Source: an uncultured Spirochaetales bacterium | GTDB lineage: Bacteria > Myxococcota_A > UBA9160 > JAFDET01 | NCBI GenBank assembly: GCA_964442285.1 | Contig: CAYTZH010000001.1 | Location: 224,118 to 288,117 of the forward strand | Reading direction: 5' to 3' | Length of the DNA: 64,000 nt | Shown: positions 20,641 to 28,946 of the stretch, piece after piece | How the letters are laid out: each line of letters begins with the position of its first letter | How positions within the stretch are numbered: position 1 is the stretch's first letter | The notes under the pieces: model-generated | What the model was told of the DNA's origin: nothing | What the model saw: the letters and a program-made list of their open reading frames with translations, nothing else | Database searches by the model: none | Made by a program: the position numbers and the translations under genes

Positions 20641-21537
20641 GTGGGAGACGCGACGCGGACGGAGACCCAGGTCCTGGAGCTCGGCAACTCCGTGCAGGAG
20701 AAGGTCGGGCGCCGCACCCCCGTGCTGGTGGTGGTGCAGGGGCCCGACATCGGCCGCCGCTTCCTGCTCAACGAGCGACGCCTGATCCTCGGGCGCGACG
20801 CCGAGCGCGCGAACCTGGTGATCTCGGACCCGAGCATCTCGGGCAAGCACGCGCTGCTGCAGGTCGACGCCGACAACGAGCGCTACGGCCTGATCGACCT
20901 CGGCAGCCGCAACGGCACCTTCGTCAACGGCAAGCGGGCCGAGACCGCGCCCCTGCGCGACGGCGACAAGATCTTCCTGGGCGGGTCGGTGCTGAAGTTC
21001 ACCTTCCACGATCCCATCGAGGCGCAGTTCCACGGCGAGATGGACCGGCTCATGCACGTCGACTCCCTCACCGGGCTCTACGTGCGCCGCTGGTTCGACC
21101 AGGAGTACCCGAAGGCCTTCGAGGCCGCCGAGCGGGCCGGGACGCCGCTCTGCGTCCTGATGATGGACATGGACGGGCTGAAGAGCATCAACGATCGGCA
21201 CGGCCACCAGCTCGGCTCCCACTGCATCGCCGAGACCGGCAAGCTCATCAAGGCCTGCATCGAGTCCAACGGCTCCGCCGCGCGCTTCGGCGGCGACGAG
21301 TTCGTGGCCTGGCTCTCGCCCTGCGATCTGGAGCAGGCGCTGGAGGTGGCCGAGGAGATCCGGGTCCGGGTGGAGGGCTTCGAGTTCCGACTCGGCGACG
21401 TGGTGGTGGCGCCCACCCTCAGCGTCGGCGCCGCGCCCCTCGAGCCCGGCGTCGGCAGCCCCGAGGCGCTGATGCGCCTGGCCGACGACGCGCTCTACCG
21501 GGCCAAGAAGGCCGGGCGCAACGTCGTCTCGCGGTAG
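20641..21537 (+). CDS. FHA domain-containing diguanylate cyclase (FHA-GGDEF)
   Basis: The FHA core reads ILGRD...ISGKHALL...DLGSRNGTFVNG. The GGDEF domain has an intact GGDEF site (RFGGDEFVAW). The GTG 20641 start is chosen because the longer ATG 20527 would overlap the divergent ACAD start; the start remains uncertain. Confidence 0.75.
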   Translation: MGDATRTETQVLELGNSVQEKVGRRTPVLVVVQGPDIGRRFLLNERRLILGRDAERANLVISDPSISGKHALLQVDADNERYGLIDLGSRNGTFVNGKRAETAPLRDGDKIFLGGSVLKFTFHDPIEAQFHGEMDRLMHVDSLTGLYVRRWFDQEYPKAFEAAERAGTPLCVLMMDMDGLKSINDRHGHQLGSHCIAETGKLIKACIESNGSAARFGGDEFVAWLSPCDLEQALEVAEEIRVRVEGFEFRLGDVVVAPTLSVGAAPLEPGVGSPEALMRLADDALYRAKKAGRNVVSR

Positions 21538-21623
21538 CCGCCGGCTGCCGCGCGGCTCCCGAGGCGTGGGGCGGGCGTGACGGCAGCGCGAGACGGTGCT
21601 TTCGGTTGTTGTAGGGTTGCGGC

Positions 21624-22406
21624 GTGATCCAGCTAGAGGGGCTTACCAAGCGATACGGCGACGTGGTGGCGGTCGACCGTCTGGACCTGGAGGTGGCGGC
21701 GGGGGAGGTGGTCGTCCTGCTGGGCGGGTCCGGCTGCGGCAAGACCACGACGCTCAAGATGATCAACCGCCTGATCGAGCCCAGTGAGGGCACGGTGCGG
21801 GTGGACGGTCGCGACGTCCTGGCCGTGCCAGCCCCCGAGCTGCGGCGGCGCATCGGCTACGCCTTCCAGGCGGTCGGGCTCTTCCCGCACATGACCGTGG
21901 CCGAGAACGTGGCGGTGACGCCGGGCCTCCTGGGCTGGGCGCCGGAACGCGTGGCCCGCCGGGTGGACGACCTGCTCGCCCAGGTCCGCCTCCCGCCCGA
22001 CACCTTCCGGGGTCGCTGGCCCCACGAGCTCTCCGGGGGCCAGCAGCAGCGGGTGGGCATCGCCCGAGCGCTGGCGGCCGAGCCCCGGCTGCTGCTCCTG
22101 GACGAGCCCTTCGGTGCCCTCGACCCGCTCACCCGCGACCACCTCCAGCAGGAGTTCGTCGCCCTGCAGCGCGACCTGGGCCTGACCGTCGTCTTCGTCA
22201 CCCACGACATGGTGGAGGCGCTCCTGCTCGGCGACCGGGTCGTCGTGATGGACGCGGGTCGGCTGGTCCAGGTGGGAACCCCCCACGCGCTGCTGAACGA
22301 CCCCGCCAACGACTACGTGGCCCAGCTGATGGCCACGCCCCGCCGCCAGACCGAGGTGGTGGAGCGCTTCCTCCGCAGGGACGCGCGGGACGGAGCTGGC
22401 GCGTGA
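21624..22406 (+). CDS. ABC transporter ATP-binding protein (osmoprotectant/betaine-type)
   Basis: 260 aa with Walker A GGSGCGKTT, signature LSGGQQQRV and Walker B LLLDEP. Confidence 0.9.
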   Translation: MIQLEGLTKRYGDVVAVDRLDLEVAAGEVVVLLGGSGCGKTTTLKMINRLIEPSEGTVRVDGRDVLAVPAPELRRRIGYAFQAVGLFPHMTVAENVAVTPGLLGWAPERVARRVDDLLAQVRLPPDTFRGRWPHELSGGQQQRVGIARALAAEPRLLLLDEPFGALDPLTRDHLQQEFVALQRDLGLTVVFVTHDMVEALLLGDRVVVMDAGRLVQVGTPHALLNDPANDYVAQLMATPRRQTEVVERFLRRDARDGAGA

Positions 22407-23995
22407 GCGAGCAGCTGGCCCTGCTTCCCGGCTATCTCACGGCGCACCTGCAGCTCGCCCTGGTGGCCCTGCTGATCGGGACGGCGCTCAGCGTGCCGGT
22501 GGGCGTGTGGGTCACCCGCCGGCGTTCGCTCGAGCCCGGCGTGCTCGGCGTGGCCAGCGTGATCCAGACCATCCCCAGCCTGGCCCTGCTGGCGATCATG
22601 GTGCCGGCCCTGGCGGCGCTGGGTGGCTTCACCGGCTGGGCGTTCGGGCTCGAGCTGCGCAGCATCGGCTACGTCCCGGCCCTGCTCGCGCTGACGCTCT
22701 ACAGCATCCTTCCCATCCTGCGCAACACGGTAACGGGCATCGAAGGCGTGGAGCCGGCGCTGGTGGAGGCCGCGCGCGGCGTGGGCATGACCGGCGCCCA
22801 GCGCCTGCGTCGGGTGGAGCTGCCCCTGGCCCTGCCGGTGATCGTCGCCGGGCTGCGGACGGCGGCGGTCTGGGTGGTGGGCACCACCACGCTCAGCACC
22901 CCCGTCGGGGCCACGAGCCTGGGCAACTACATCTTCAGCGGCCTGCAGACCCGCAACACCACCGCGGTGCTCGTGGGCTGCGTGGCGGCGGCGGCCCTCG
23001 CCCTCGGGCTCGATCAGCTGATCCGCGGCCTCGAGGTGGCCTTCCGGCGTCGCAGCCGCTCGTTGCTCGCCGCGTCGGGCGCGGGCCTCGCCGCCCTCTA
23101 CCTCTTCACCGCCGGGAGCTTCGCCGCGGAGCGCCTGGGGGGTGGGCCCGCGGCGGTGCGCATCGGCGCCAAGACCTTCACCGAGCAGTACATCCTCTCC
23201 GAGATGCTGGCCCTGCAGGTGCGGCGCCGGACGGGCCTCACCACCGAGGTGCTCGGCTCCCTGGGCTCCACGGTCCTGTTCGACGCCCTCCGCAGCGGCG
23301 ACCTGGACGTCTACGTGGACTACTCGGGGACGATCTGGGCCACGATCATGAAGCGCGACACCACCGGGGTGGGTCGCGCCGAGGTGCTCTCCGGCGTGGA
23401 GGCCTTCCTGCGCGACGCGCACGGCGTGGGGATGCCGGCGGCGCTGGGCTTCGAGAACACCTACGCCCTCGGCATGCGCGCGGCCGAGGCCGAGGCCCTC
23501 GGGATCAGGCGGATCGGCGACCTGGTCCCGCTGGCGCCCCGCCTGGAGATCGGCGGCGACTACGAGTTCTTCCAGCGGGCCGAGTGGGCCGCCCTGGTGG
23601 AGACCTACGGCCTGGCCTTCCGCACCGAGCGCAGCATGGACTCGGCGCTGATGTACGAGGCCGCCGCCTCCGGGGACGTGGACGTGATCAGCGCCTTCTC
23701 CACCGACGGGCGCATCGCCGCCTACGAGCTGCGGCTCTTGGATGACGAGCGCGGCGTGATCCCGCCCTACGACGCCATCGTGCTGGTGTCGCCACGGGTG
23801 GCCCGTGAGCTGCCGGCGGTGGCGGCGGCCCTGGCCGAGCTCGCGGACGCCATCGACGCGTCCACGATGCAGCGGCTCAACCTGGCCGTGGATCGCGACG
23901 GCCGCGCGCCCGCCGACGTCGCCCGCGAGTTCCTCGACGCGCGTGGAGCCTCGGCTCCCGACGCGCGTGGAGCCTCGGCTCCCGACGCGCGTTGA
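22403..23995 (+). CDS. fused ABC permease / substrate-binding protein (glycine betaine/choline-type)
   Basis: 530 aa. The GTG start overlaps the upstream stop. The N-terminal half is a multi-TM permease with an EAA-like loop (VEAARGVGMTGAQRLRRVELPLALP). The C-terminal half resembles OpuAC-type binding proteins. Confidence 0.85.
   Translation: MSEQLALLPGYLTAHLQLALVALLIGTALSVPVGVWVTRRRSLEPGVLGVASVIQTIPSLALLAIMVPALAALGGFTGWAFGLELRSIGYVPALLALTLYSILPILRNTVTGIEGVEPALVEAARGVGMTGAQRLRRVELPLALPVIVAGLRTAAVWVVGTTTLSTPVGATSLGNYIFSGLQTRNTTAVLVGCVAAAALALGLDQLIRGLEVAFRRRSRSLLAASGAGLAALYLFTAGSFAAERLGGGPAAVRIGAKTFTEQYILSEMLALQVRRRTGLTTEVLGSLGSTVLFDALRSGDLDVYVDYSGTIWATIMKRDTTGVGRAEVLSGVEAFLRDAHGVGMPAALGFENTYALGMRAAEAEALGIRRIGDLVPLAPRLEIGGDYEFFQRAEWAALVETYGLAFRTERSMDSALMYEAAASGDVDVISAFSTDGRIAAYELRLLDDERGVIPPYDAIVLVSPRVARELPAVAAALAELADAIDASTMQRLNLAVDRDGRAPADVAREFLDARGASAPDARGASAPDAR
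23939..23995 (+). repeat. 24-bp tandem repeat x2.3 at the 3' end of the permease/SBP gene
   Basis: GCGCGTGGAGCCTCGGCTCCCGAC occurs at 23939-23962 and 23963-23986, followed by a partial copy ending in the stop codon. It encodes (ARGASAPD)x2. Confidence 0.85.
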
Positions 23996-23998
23996 GCC

Positions 23999-24388
23999 TC
24001 AGTGGATGGCGCTCGGCTCGCGCAGCACGAACTCGGCGATCTCGGCGTCGAAGGGCTCGCCGCCGGCGGTCACCATCTGGTAGGTGCCCACCATGCTGCC
24101 GCTCGGGGTCGGAAGCGGGCAGCCCGAGGTGTATTCGAAGGACTCGCCGGGGGCCAGACTCGGCTGGGCGCCCACCACGCCGGCGCCCCGGACCTCCTCG
24201 AGGTGTCCCGTGGCGTCGGTGATGCGCCAGTGGCGGCTGCGGAGCTGGACAGCCTCCGGGCCCTGGTTGGTGATCCGGACCGTGTAGAGGAAGAACCAGG
24301 TCCCGGCCTGGGGGTTCGAATGCTCCGGCGAGTAGCGGGCGTTCACCTCGACGCGGACGCCGCGGGTGACGGCCTCGGACGTGCCCAT
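23999..24388 (-). CDS. apaG: ApaG protein
   Basis: 129 aa from the in-frame ATG 24388. The sequence is ApaG/DUF525-like: VRVEVNARYSPEHSNPQAGTWFFLYTVRITNQG...RHWRITDATG. Confidence 0.85.
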   Translation of the reverse strand: MGTSEAVTRGVRVEVNARYSPEHSNPQAGTWFFLYTVRITNQGPEAVQLRSRHWRITDATGHLEEVRGAGVVGAQPSLAPGESFEYTSGCPLPTPSGSMVGTYQMVTAGGEPFDAEIAEFVLREPSAIH

Positions 24389-24438
24389 GGACGGCTCTCC
24401 TCGGGCGAGGCAGCGTAGTCGATCAGGAGGTCCGGTCC

Positions 24439-25284
24439 ATGGCACGGGTGCTCATCGCCGGCTGCGGCTACGTGGGGAGCGAGCTGGCCGCACGGCTCGC
24501 GGACGTGGGCCATCGCGTGCACGGCCTGCGCCGCCGGCCGCACGGCCTGCCCGCGGGGGTGGTGCCGGTGGCGGCCGACCTCACCCGTCCGGAGACGCTG
24601 GTCGGCCTCCCCGAGGCCGACGTCGTCTTCTACACCGCCGCCGCCGCCGGTCCGGGCGAGTCGGCCTACCGCGCGGCCTACGCCGACGGCCTGGCGAACC
24701 TGATCGCCGCGCTGGCGGGCGGGGCACGCGCCCCGGCCCGGCTCTTCTTCACGTCGAGCACGGCGGTCTACGCCCAGGACGACGGCGGCGCGGTGGACGA
24801 GACCTCGCCGGCCGAGGCGACCTCCTACCGCGGCCGGATCCTCCGCGAGGCGGAGGTGGCCCTGGCGTCGGCGCCGTTCCCCGGAACGACCGTGCGGCTC
24901 GGCGGCATCTACGGGCCGGGCCGCACGAGTCTGATCGACTCGGTCCGCGAGGGGCGGGCCGCCATCCCGGTCGGTCCCCCCCACTACACCAACCGCATCC
25001 ACCGGGACGACTGCGCCGGGCTGCTGCACCACCTGATGGACCTGCCGGAGCCCGCCGACCTCTACCTGGGCGTCGACTGCGAGTCCGCGGACCGGGCCGA
25101 GGTGCTGCGCTGGCTGGCGGCGCGGCTCGGCGTCGTCCTGGCCGAGGCGCCCCCGGGCGAGCCGGCCTCCAGCCGCCGCACGGGGAGCAAGCGCTGCTCC
25201 AACCGCCGACTCCTCGCCACGGGCTACCGCTTCGCGTACCCCACCTTCCGCGAGGGCTACGCCGCCTTGCTGGCCGATTCCTGA
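24439..25284 (+). CDS. NAD-dependent epimerase/dehydratase (extended SDR) family protein
   Basis: 281 aa with an N-terminal Rossmann motif (VLIAGCGYVGSELA). Confidence 0.8.
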   Translation: MARVLIAGCGYVGSELAARLADVGHRVHGLRRRPHGLPAGVVPVAADLTRPETLVGLPEADVVFYTAAAAGPGESAYRAAYADGLANLIAALAGGARAPARLFFTSSTAVYAQDDGGAVDETSPAEATSYRGRILREAEVALASAPFPGTTVRLGGIYGPGRTSLIDSVREGRAAIPVGPPHYTNRIHRDDCAGLLHHLMDLPEPADLYLGVDCESADRAEVLRWLAARLGVVLAEAPPGEPASSRRTGSKRCSNRRLLATGYRFAYPTFREGYAALLADS

Positions 25285-25820
25285 GACGCCCGTGGTACAA
25301 GGGCCCTGCCGGCTCCACCTCCGGCGCGCTCGGGAGGTCTGGTAGGGCAAAGCGTCTCGCGCTCGTTCTCGTCGTCGCCCTCACGCTCGGTTGTACCAAC
25401 TGCTACGAGCAGTATCGGGCTGAGCATCCGGGGTGGGTGGCGGTCCTGCCCAGCGAGGGGATGGCGCTCGAGGAGGTGCTGGCCGCGATTCCCTCCTACG
25501 GGGTGCTGGTGCTCCAGCCGGCGCCGCGCGAGCACGCCGAGCTCGAGCGCCTCGTGACGGAACGCTTCGATTCCGCCTATCCGACCGGCGTGGTGCGCGA
25601 GAGCGCGATCTACCTCCAGGGCCTCCGGTACGCCGAGGTGGGCCGGCTCGAGGAAGCCCGGGCCGCGCTCGAGAAGGCGGGCGCGCTCCTCGAGGCCGAG
25701 AGCGGGGACGAGATGAACTCACGCCACACCAACTACCGCTCCCGGCTGATCGGCAAGGACGAGCGGCTCTCCCTGCGGGAGCAGCTCGTCCAGGCCATCG
25801 AGGCCCGGGCCGGGCCCTAG
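25281..25820 (+). CDS. putative lipoprotein with no canonical start codon (possible CTG start)
   Basis: The frame is open with high GC3. The predicted signal peptide has a lipobox (KRLALVLVVALTLGC). The only near-cognate in-frame codon upstream of the signal peptide is CTG 25281, which overlaps the epimerase stop (CTGA). Confidence 0.4.
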   Translation: MRRPWYKGPAGSTSGALGRSGRAKRLALVLVVALTLGCTNCYEQYRAEHPGWVAVLPSEGMALEEVLAAIPSYGVLVLQPAPREHAELERLVTERFDSAYPTGVVRESAIYLQGLRYAEVGRLEEARAALEKAGALLEAESGDEMNSRHTNYRSRLIGKDERLSLREQLVQAIEARAGP

Positions 25821-25869
25821 GCCTCGCGCCGTCGCCGCGCTCGTCGAGGCCTGCCGCCCCGGAACTGCA

Positions 25870-25909
25870 TTGACACCCCGGGCCGGTGGGTTTATTTAAC
25901 GCTCGTTAA
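25870..25909 (+). promoter_or_regulatory. near-consensus sigma-70 promoter with overlapping 6+6 inverted repeat TTAACG-CT-CGTTAA
   Basis: TTGACA at 25870-25875, a 17-nt spacer, then TATTTA at 25893-25898. The inverted repeat at 25896-25909 overlaps the -10 and transcription-start region. It is about 30 bp upstream of the di-iron oxygenase ATG at 25940. Confidence 0.55.
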
Positions 25910-25939
25910 GCGACGCGCGCCCGTGAAGGAAACCACCCG

Positions 25940-27049
25940 ATGTCCGCTTCCCCGTCCGCTCCCCTGGCCGACGCAAGCCCGCCGCCCGTCCAGTGCGCCC
26001 TCGAGGCCATCTACAACTGGAACTACGAGCCCGAGATCGAGGAGCTGCGCACCCTGTACGCCAACGCCCTGGAGCGCCAGTGGATCGGCTTCCGGGACCT
26101 GGACTGGGAGCAGGAGATCGATCCGGCCCACGCCCTCCAGGACCTGGCCGATCCCCAGCAGTTCCCCGTGGGGCTGCTCCACGAGTGGAAGCGCCAGCCC
26201 GAGGAGGGCAAGCGCCGAGTCGCCTTGAAGCGCAACGCCTTCTTCCTCTCCCAGTTCCTCCACGGCGAGCAGGGCGCGCTCATGGTGGCCGCCCAGCTCG
26301 TGAACGCCGTCCCCCACATGGACGGCAAGTTCTACGCCTCCACCCAGACCCTGGACGAGGCCCGGCACGTGGAGGTCTTCGCCCGCTACATCCAGAAGCT
26401 CGACCGTGTCTACGAGATCGACCCGGTGCTGAAGGGTCTGCTCGACGAGGTGCTCGCCACCGACGACTGGATGAAGAAGTGCGTGGGCATGCAGATCGTG
26501 CTGGAGGGCCTGGCCCTGGCCAGCTTCCGGAACATGCGGCGCACGACCCACGAGCCCCTGCTGCGGGAGCTGCTGCGGCGCGTGACCCAGGACGAGGCGC
26601 GCCACACGGGCTACGGGCTCAAGTACCTCAACCGCGTCATTCCCCAGCTCGACGACGGGGAGCGCCGCGAGCTCGAGGACTTCGCCTTCGAGACCACCCG
26701 CAAGCTGGTGGACGAGCGCCAGGGCGGCCTCGGCAAGGAGGTGCTCGCGATCTTCGCCTCCGAGGGCATGGACGTGGCCGCCGGCCTGAAGGAGATGCAG
26801 GAGCGGCGCGACGAGATCAAGGAAGTGCTGGTGCGCACCCGCCGCGAGCAGGGATTCGACGCCACGCCCATGCGCGGCTTCGTGATCCCCGCGCTCCAGA
26901 AGCTCGGCCTGTTCAACGAGCGGACGGCGCCCCAGTACACCCAGCTGGTGCGCGAGAACATGATGACGGGCACCGACGGCACCGCCCTGGACGGCAGCTT
27001 CGAGCTCCCCGACGACCTCGAGGCCTGGGTCGAGGAGACCGGCGCCTAG
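25940..27049 (+). CDS. ferritin-like di-iron oxygenase (AurF/desaturase-like four-helix bundle)
   Basis: 369 aa with a duplicated E...EXXH pattern: HGEQGA, LDEARHVE, VLEGLA, QDEARHTG. Confidence 0.8.
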   Translation: MSASPSAPLADASPPPVQCALEAIYNWNYEPEIEELRTLYANALERQWIGFRDLDWEQEIDPAHALQDLADPQQFPVGLLHEWKRQPEEGKRRVALKRNAFFLSQFLHGEQGALMVAAQLVNAVPHMDGKFYASTQTLDEARHVEVFARYIQKLDRVYEIDPVLKGLLDEVLATDDWMKKCVGMQIVLEGLALASFRNMRRTTHEPLLRELLRRVTQDEARHTGYGLKYLNRVIPQLDDGERRELEDFAFETTRKLVDERQGGLGKEVLAIFASEGMDVAAGLKEMQERRDEIKEVLVRTRREQGFDATPMRGFVIPALQKLGLFNERTAPQYTQLVRENMMTGTDGTALDGSFELPDDLEAWVEETGA

Positions 27050-27981
27050 GCGAAGGCCGGCAGGACCTTCTCGGCGAACAGGCGCGCCGGCACGCGGGTG
27101 TCGCGACCGAAGAGCTCCATCACGAAGAGCGTGCAGCCGAGCTTCACGTGGCGCTCGATGTCGTCGATCACCTTCTCGGGCGGGCCCCAGATGCCGTGCT
27201 CCTCGAGCGCGCCGCCCATGTGCCCGCCGTAGATCTTCTTGGCCTTCTCCAGGTGCTGGCGGGCGGTGGCCTCGTCCTCGGCGATCACCACGTTGCACTG
27301 CTGGGACACCTCGAGCGTGTCGAAGTCGCGCTTCTCGTCGTCGCAGCGGCGCTGGAGCGCGTCCACCTTGGCCGCGAGCTGGGGCTGGAAGACCGCCAGG
27401 TTGTTCCAGATGTCGGCGTGGCGGGCGACGATGCCCATCAGCACCTTCTCGCCGCCGCCGCCGATGAGCACCGGCGGCCGCCGCACCGGCTTGGGCTCGC
27501 AGCGCACGTCCTTGGCCCGGGCGTAGCGGCCCTCGTAGGTGACCGTCTCCTCGGTCCACATGCGCTTCATGAGGTCGGCGGTCTCCTCCAGGGCCACCAT
27601 GCGCTGGCCCATGGAGGGGAACTCGCAGCCGTAGCCCTCGAACTCGGCCTGGAACCAGCCGGCGCCCAGGCCCGCGATGACCCGGCCGCCCGCGATCTGG
27701 TCCACGGTGGCGATCTGCTTGGCCTGCACCGCCGGGTTCCGGAAGTAGGGCGGCGTGACGAGCGTGCCCAGCTCCACGCGGCAGGTGATCGCCGCCACGG
27801 CCGCCAGCTCGGTCCAGCCCTCGAGAATGGGGAGCTGGGGCATGGGCACCCCGTAGAGGTGGTCGCAGACCCAGACGGAGTGGAAGCCGAGCTGGTCGAA
27901 CTCCTGGGCCGCGGCCTTCGCCTCGTCCCACGAGCGCTTGATCTGGGGCAGGGTCACGCCGAAGCGAACCGGTCGGGTCAT
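27046..27981 (-). CDS. LLM-class (luciferase-like) F420-dependent-type oxidoreductase
   Basis: 311 aa. Motifs seen: FGVTLPQ, FHSVWVCDHL, GRVIAGLGAGWFQAEFEGYG, PPVLIGGGGEK. Confidence 0.9.
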   Translation of the reverse strand: MTRPVRFGVTLPQIKRSWDEAKAAAQEFDQLGFHSVWVCDHLYGVPMPQLPILEGWTELAAVAAITCRVELGTLVTPPYFRNPAVQAKQIATVDQIAGGRVIAGLGAGWFQAEFEGYGCEFPSMGQRMVALEETADLMKRMWTEETVTYEGRYARAKDVRCEPKPVRRPPVLIGGGGEKVLMGIVARHADIWNNLAVFQPQLAAKVDALQRRCDDEKRDFDTLEVSQQCNVVIAEDEATARQHLEKAKKIYGGHMGGALEEHGIWGPPEKVIDDIERHVKLGCTLFVMELFGRDTRVPARLFAEKVLPAFA

Positions 27982-28037
27982 GGGGGGCCTCCGTGGTGTC
28001 GGGCGGCCAGTGTATGCGAAAATCCGCCGCCCGAGTC

Positions 28038-28523
28038 ATGCGCTGTCGAGTCTGCAACGGCCTGCTCGAGCGGGTGGAGGCGCCGGCCCTGCGCGGCCGC
28101 TGCGGCGACGTCGAGGTGGAGGTCTTCGGCCTGCGCCCCCTGGGCTGTCCCGTGACCGACCACCCCCTCGAGCCGCCCACCCCGGACTTCGCGGCCGACC
28201 TCATGGCCGCGGTGGCGGCCGGGCGCACGCTGCCCTGCGCCGCGGAGCGGGGCTGGCCGCGCAAGCGCACGGCCTGCGGGCGCTGCGGCGGCGCGCTCCG
28301 GGAGCCCGGGCCGGGACGCCTCCAGGCGCGGGTGCGGCTGCCCGGGGCGGCGCCGTTCACGCTGACCGTGGACGGTCCCGTGGCGGTCTGTGCCGCCTGC
28401 GGGGGCGAGCAGCAGGGCTCCGGCGACGTCCGGACCCGGACCGCCGAGGCGGTCCTGGACGCCCTGCGCGCCGGGGGAGTAGGCTTGGGCCAGCGCGCGC
28501 CGGGGGAGGAGGAGACGTCGTGA
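28038..28523 (+). CDS. hypothetical zinc-ribbon protein (three CxxC pairs)
   Basis: 161 aa from the in-frame ATG 28038. GC3 is high. The CxxC pairs are CRVC, CGRC and CAAC. Its stop overlaps the next gene's start (GTGA). Confidence 0.55.
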   Translation: MRCRVCNGLLERVEAPALRGRCGDVEVEVFGLRPLGCPVTDHPLEPPTPDFAADLMAAVAAGRTLPCAAERGWPRKRTACGRCGGALREPGPGRLQARVRLPGAAPFTLTVDGPVAVCAACGGEQQGSGDVRTRTAEAVLDALRAGGVGLGQRAPGEEETS

Positions 28524-28945
28524 ACCAACTGGAGCCGAGCGAGCCCGCGGGCGCGGTCGCCGAGCATCCCCACGCCCGCCTGGTCCGGGCGCTCTGGAAC
28601 GCCGCCGCCGAGGGCGACCGCGAGGCCATGGAGGCCCTGTTCTCGCGGGACGTGGTCTGGCACTCGTCCGGTCGCGGGCGCTTCGCTGGCGACAAGCAGG
28701 GCCCCGAGGCGGTCTTCGACTATCTGGGGACCCTCGGCGAGCTGGCCGATGAGTTCCGCACCGAGCTGGTGGACGTGCTCGTCGGCGACGCGCGCGCGGC
28801 CGTGCTCTTCCGGGTGCACGGCGAGCGCAAGGGGCGCCAGCTCGACATCGACTACCTGCTGCTGTTCGCAGTGCGGGACGGGCGGATCCGCGAGGTCTGG
28901 TCCTACCCGCGGGACCGCGCGGCCCTCGAGGCCTTCTGGGCGTAG
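28520..28945 (+). CDS. NTF2-like (SnoaL/ketosteroid-isomerase-fold) protein
   Basis: 141 aa from GTG 28520. The SnoaL-like pattern is ARLVRALWNAAAEGDREAMEALFSRDVVWH...GRIREVW. Confidence 0.7.
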   Translation: MNQLEPSEPAGAVAEHPHARLVRALWNAAAEGDREAMEALFSRDVVWHSSGRGRFAGDKQGPEAVFDYLGTLGELADEFRTELVDVLVGDARAAVLFRVHGERKGRQLDIDYLLLFAVRDGRIREVWSYPRDRAALEAFWA

Positions 28946-28946
28946 C

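Noticed and set aside
23939-23995. CRISPR-like repeat
   Set aside because: There are only 2.3 directly abutting copies with no spacers, they lie inside a CDS, and no cas genes are present.
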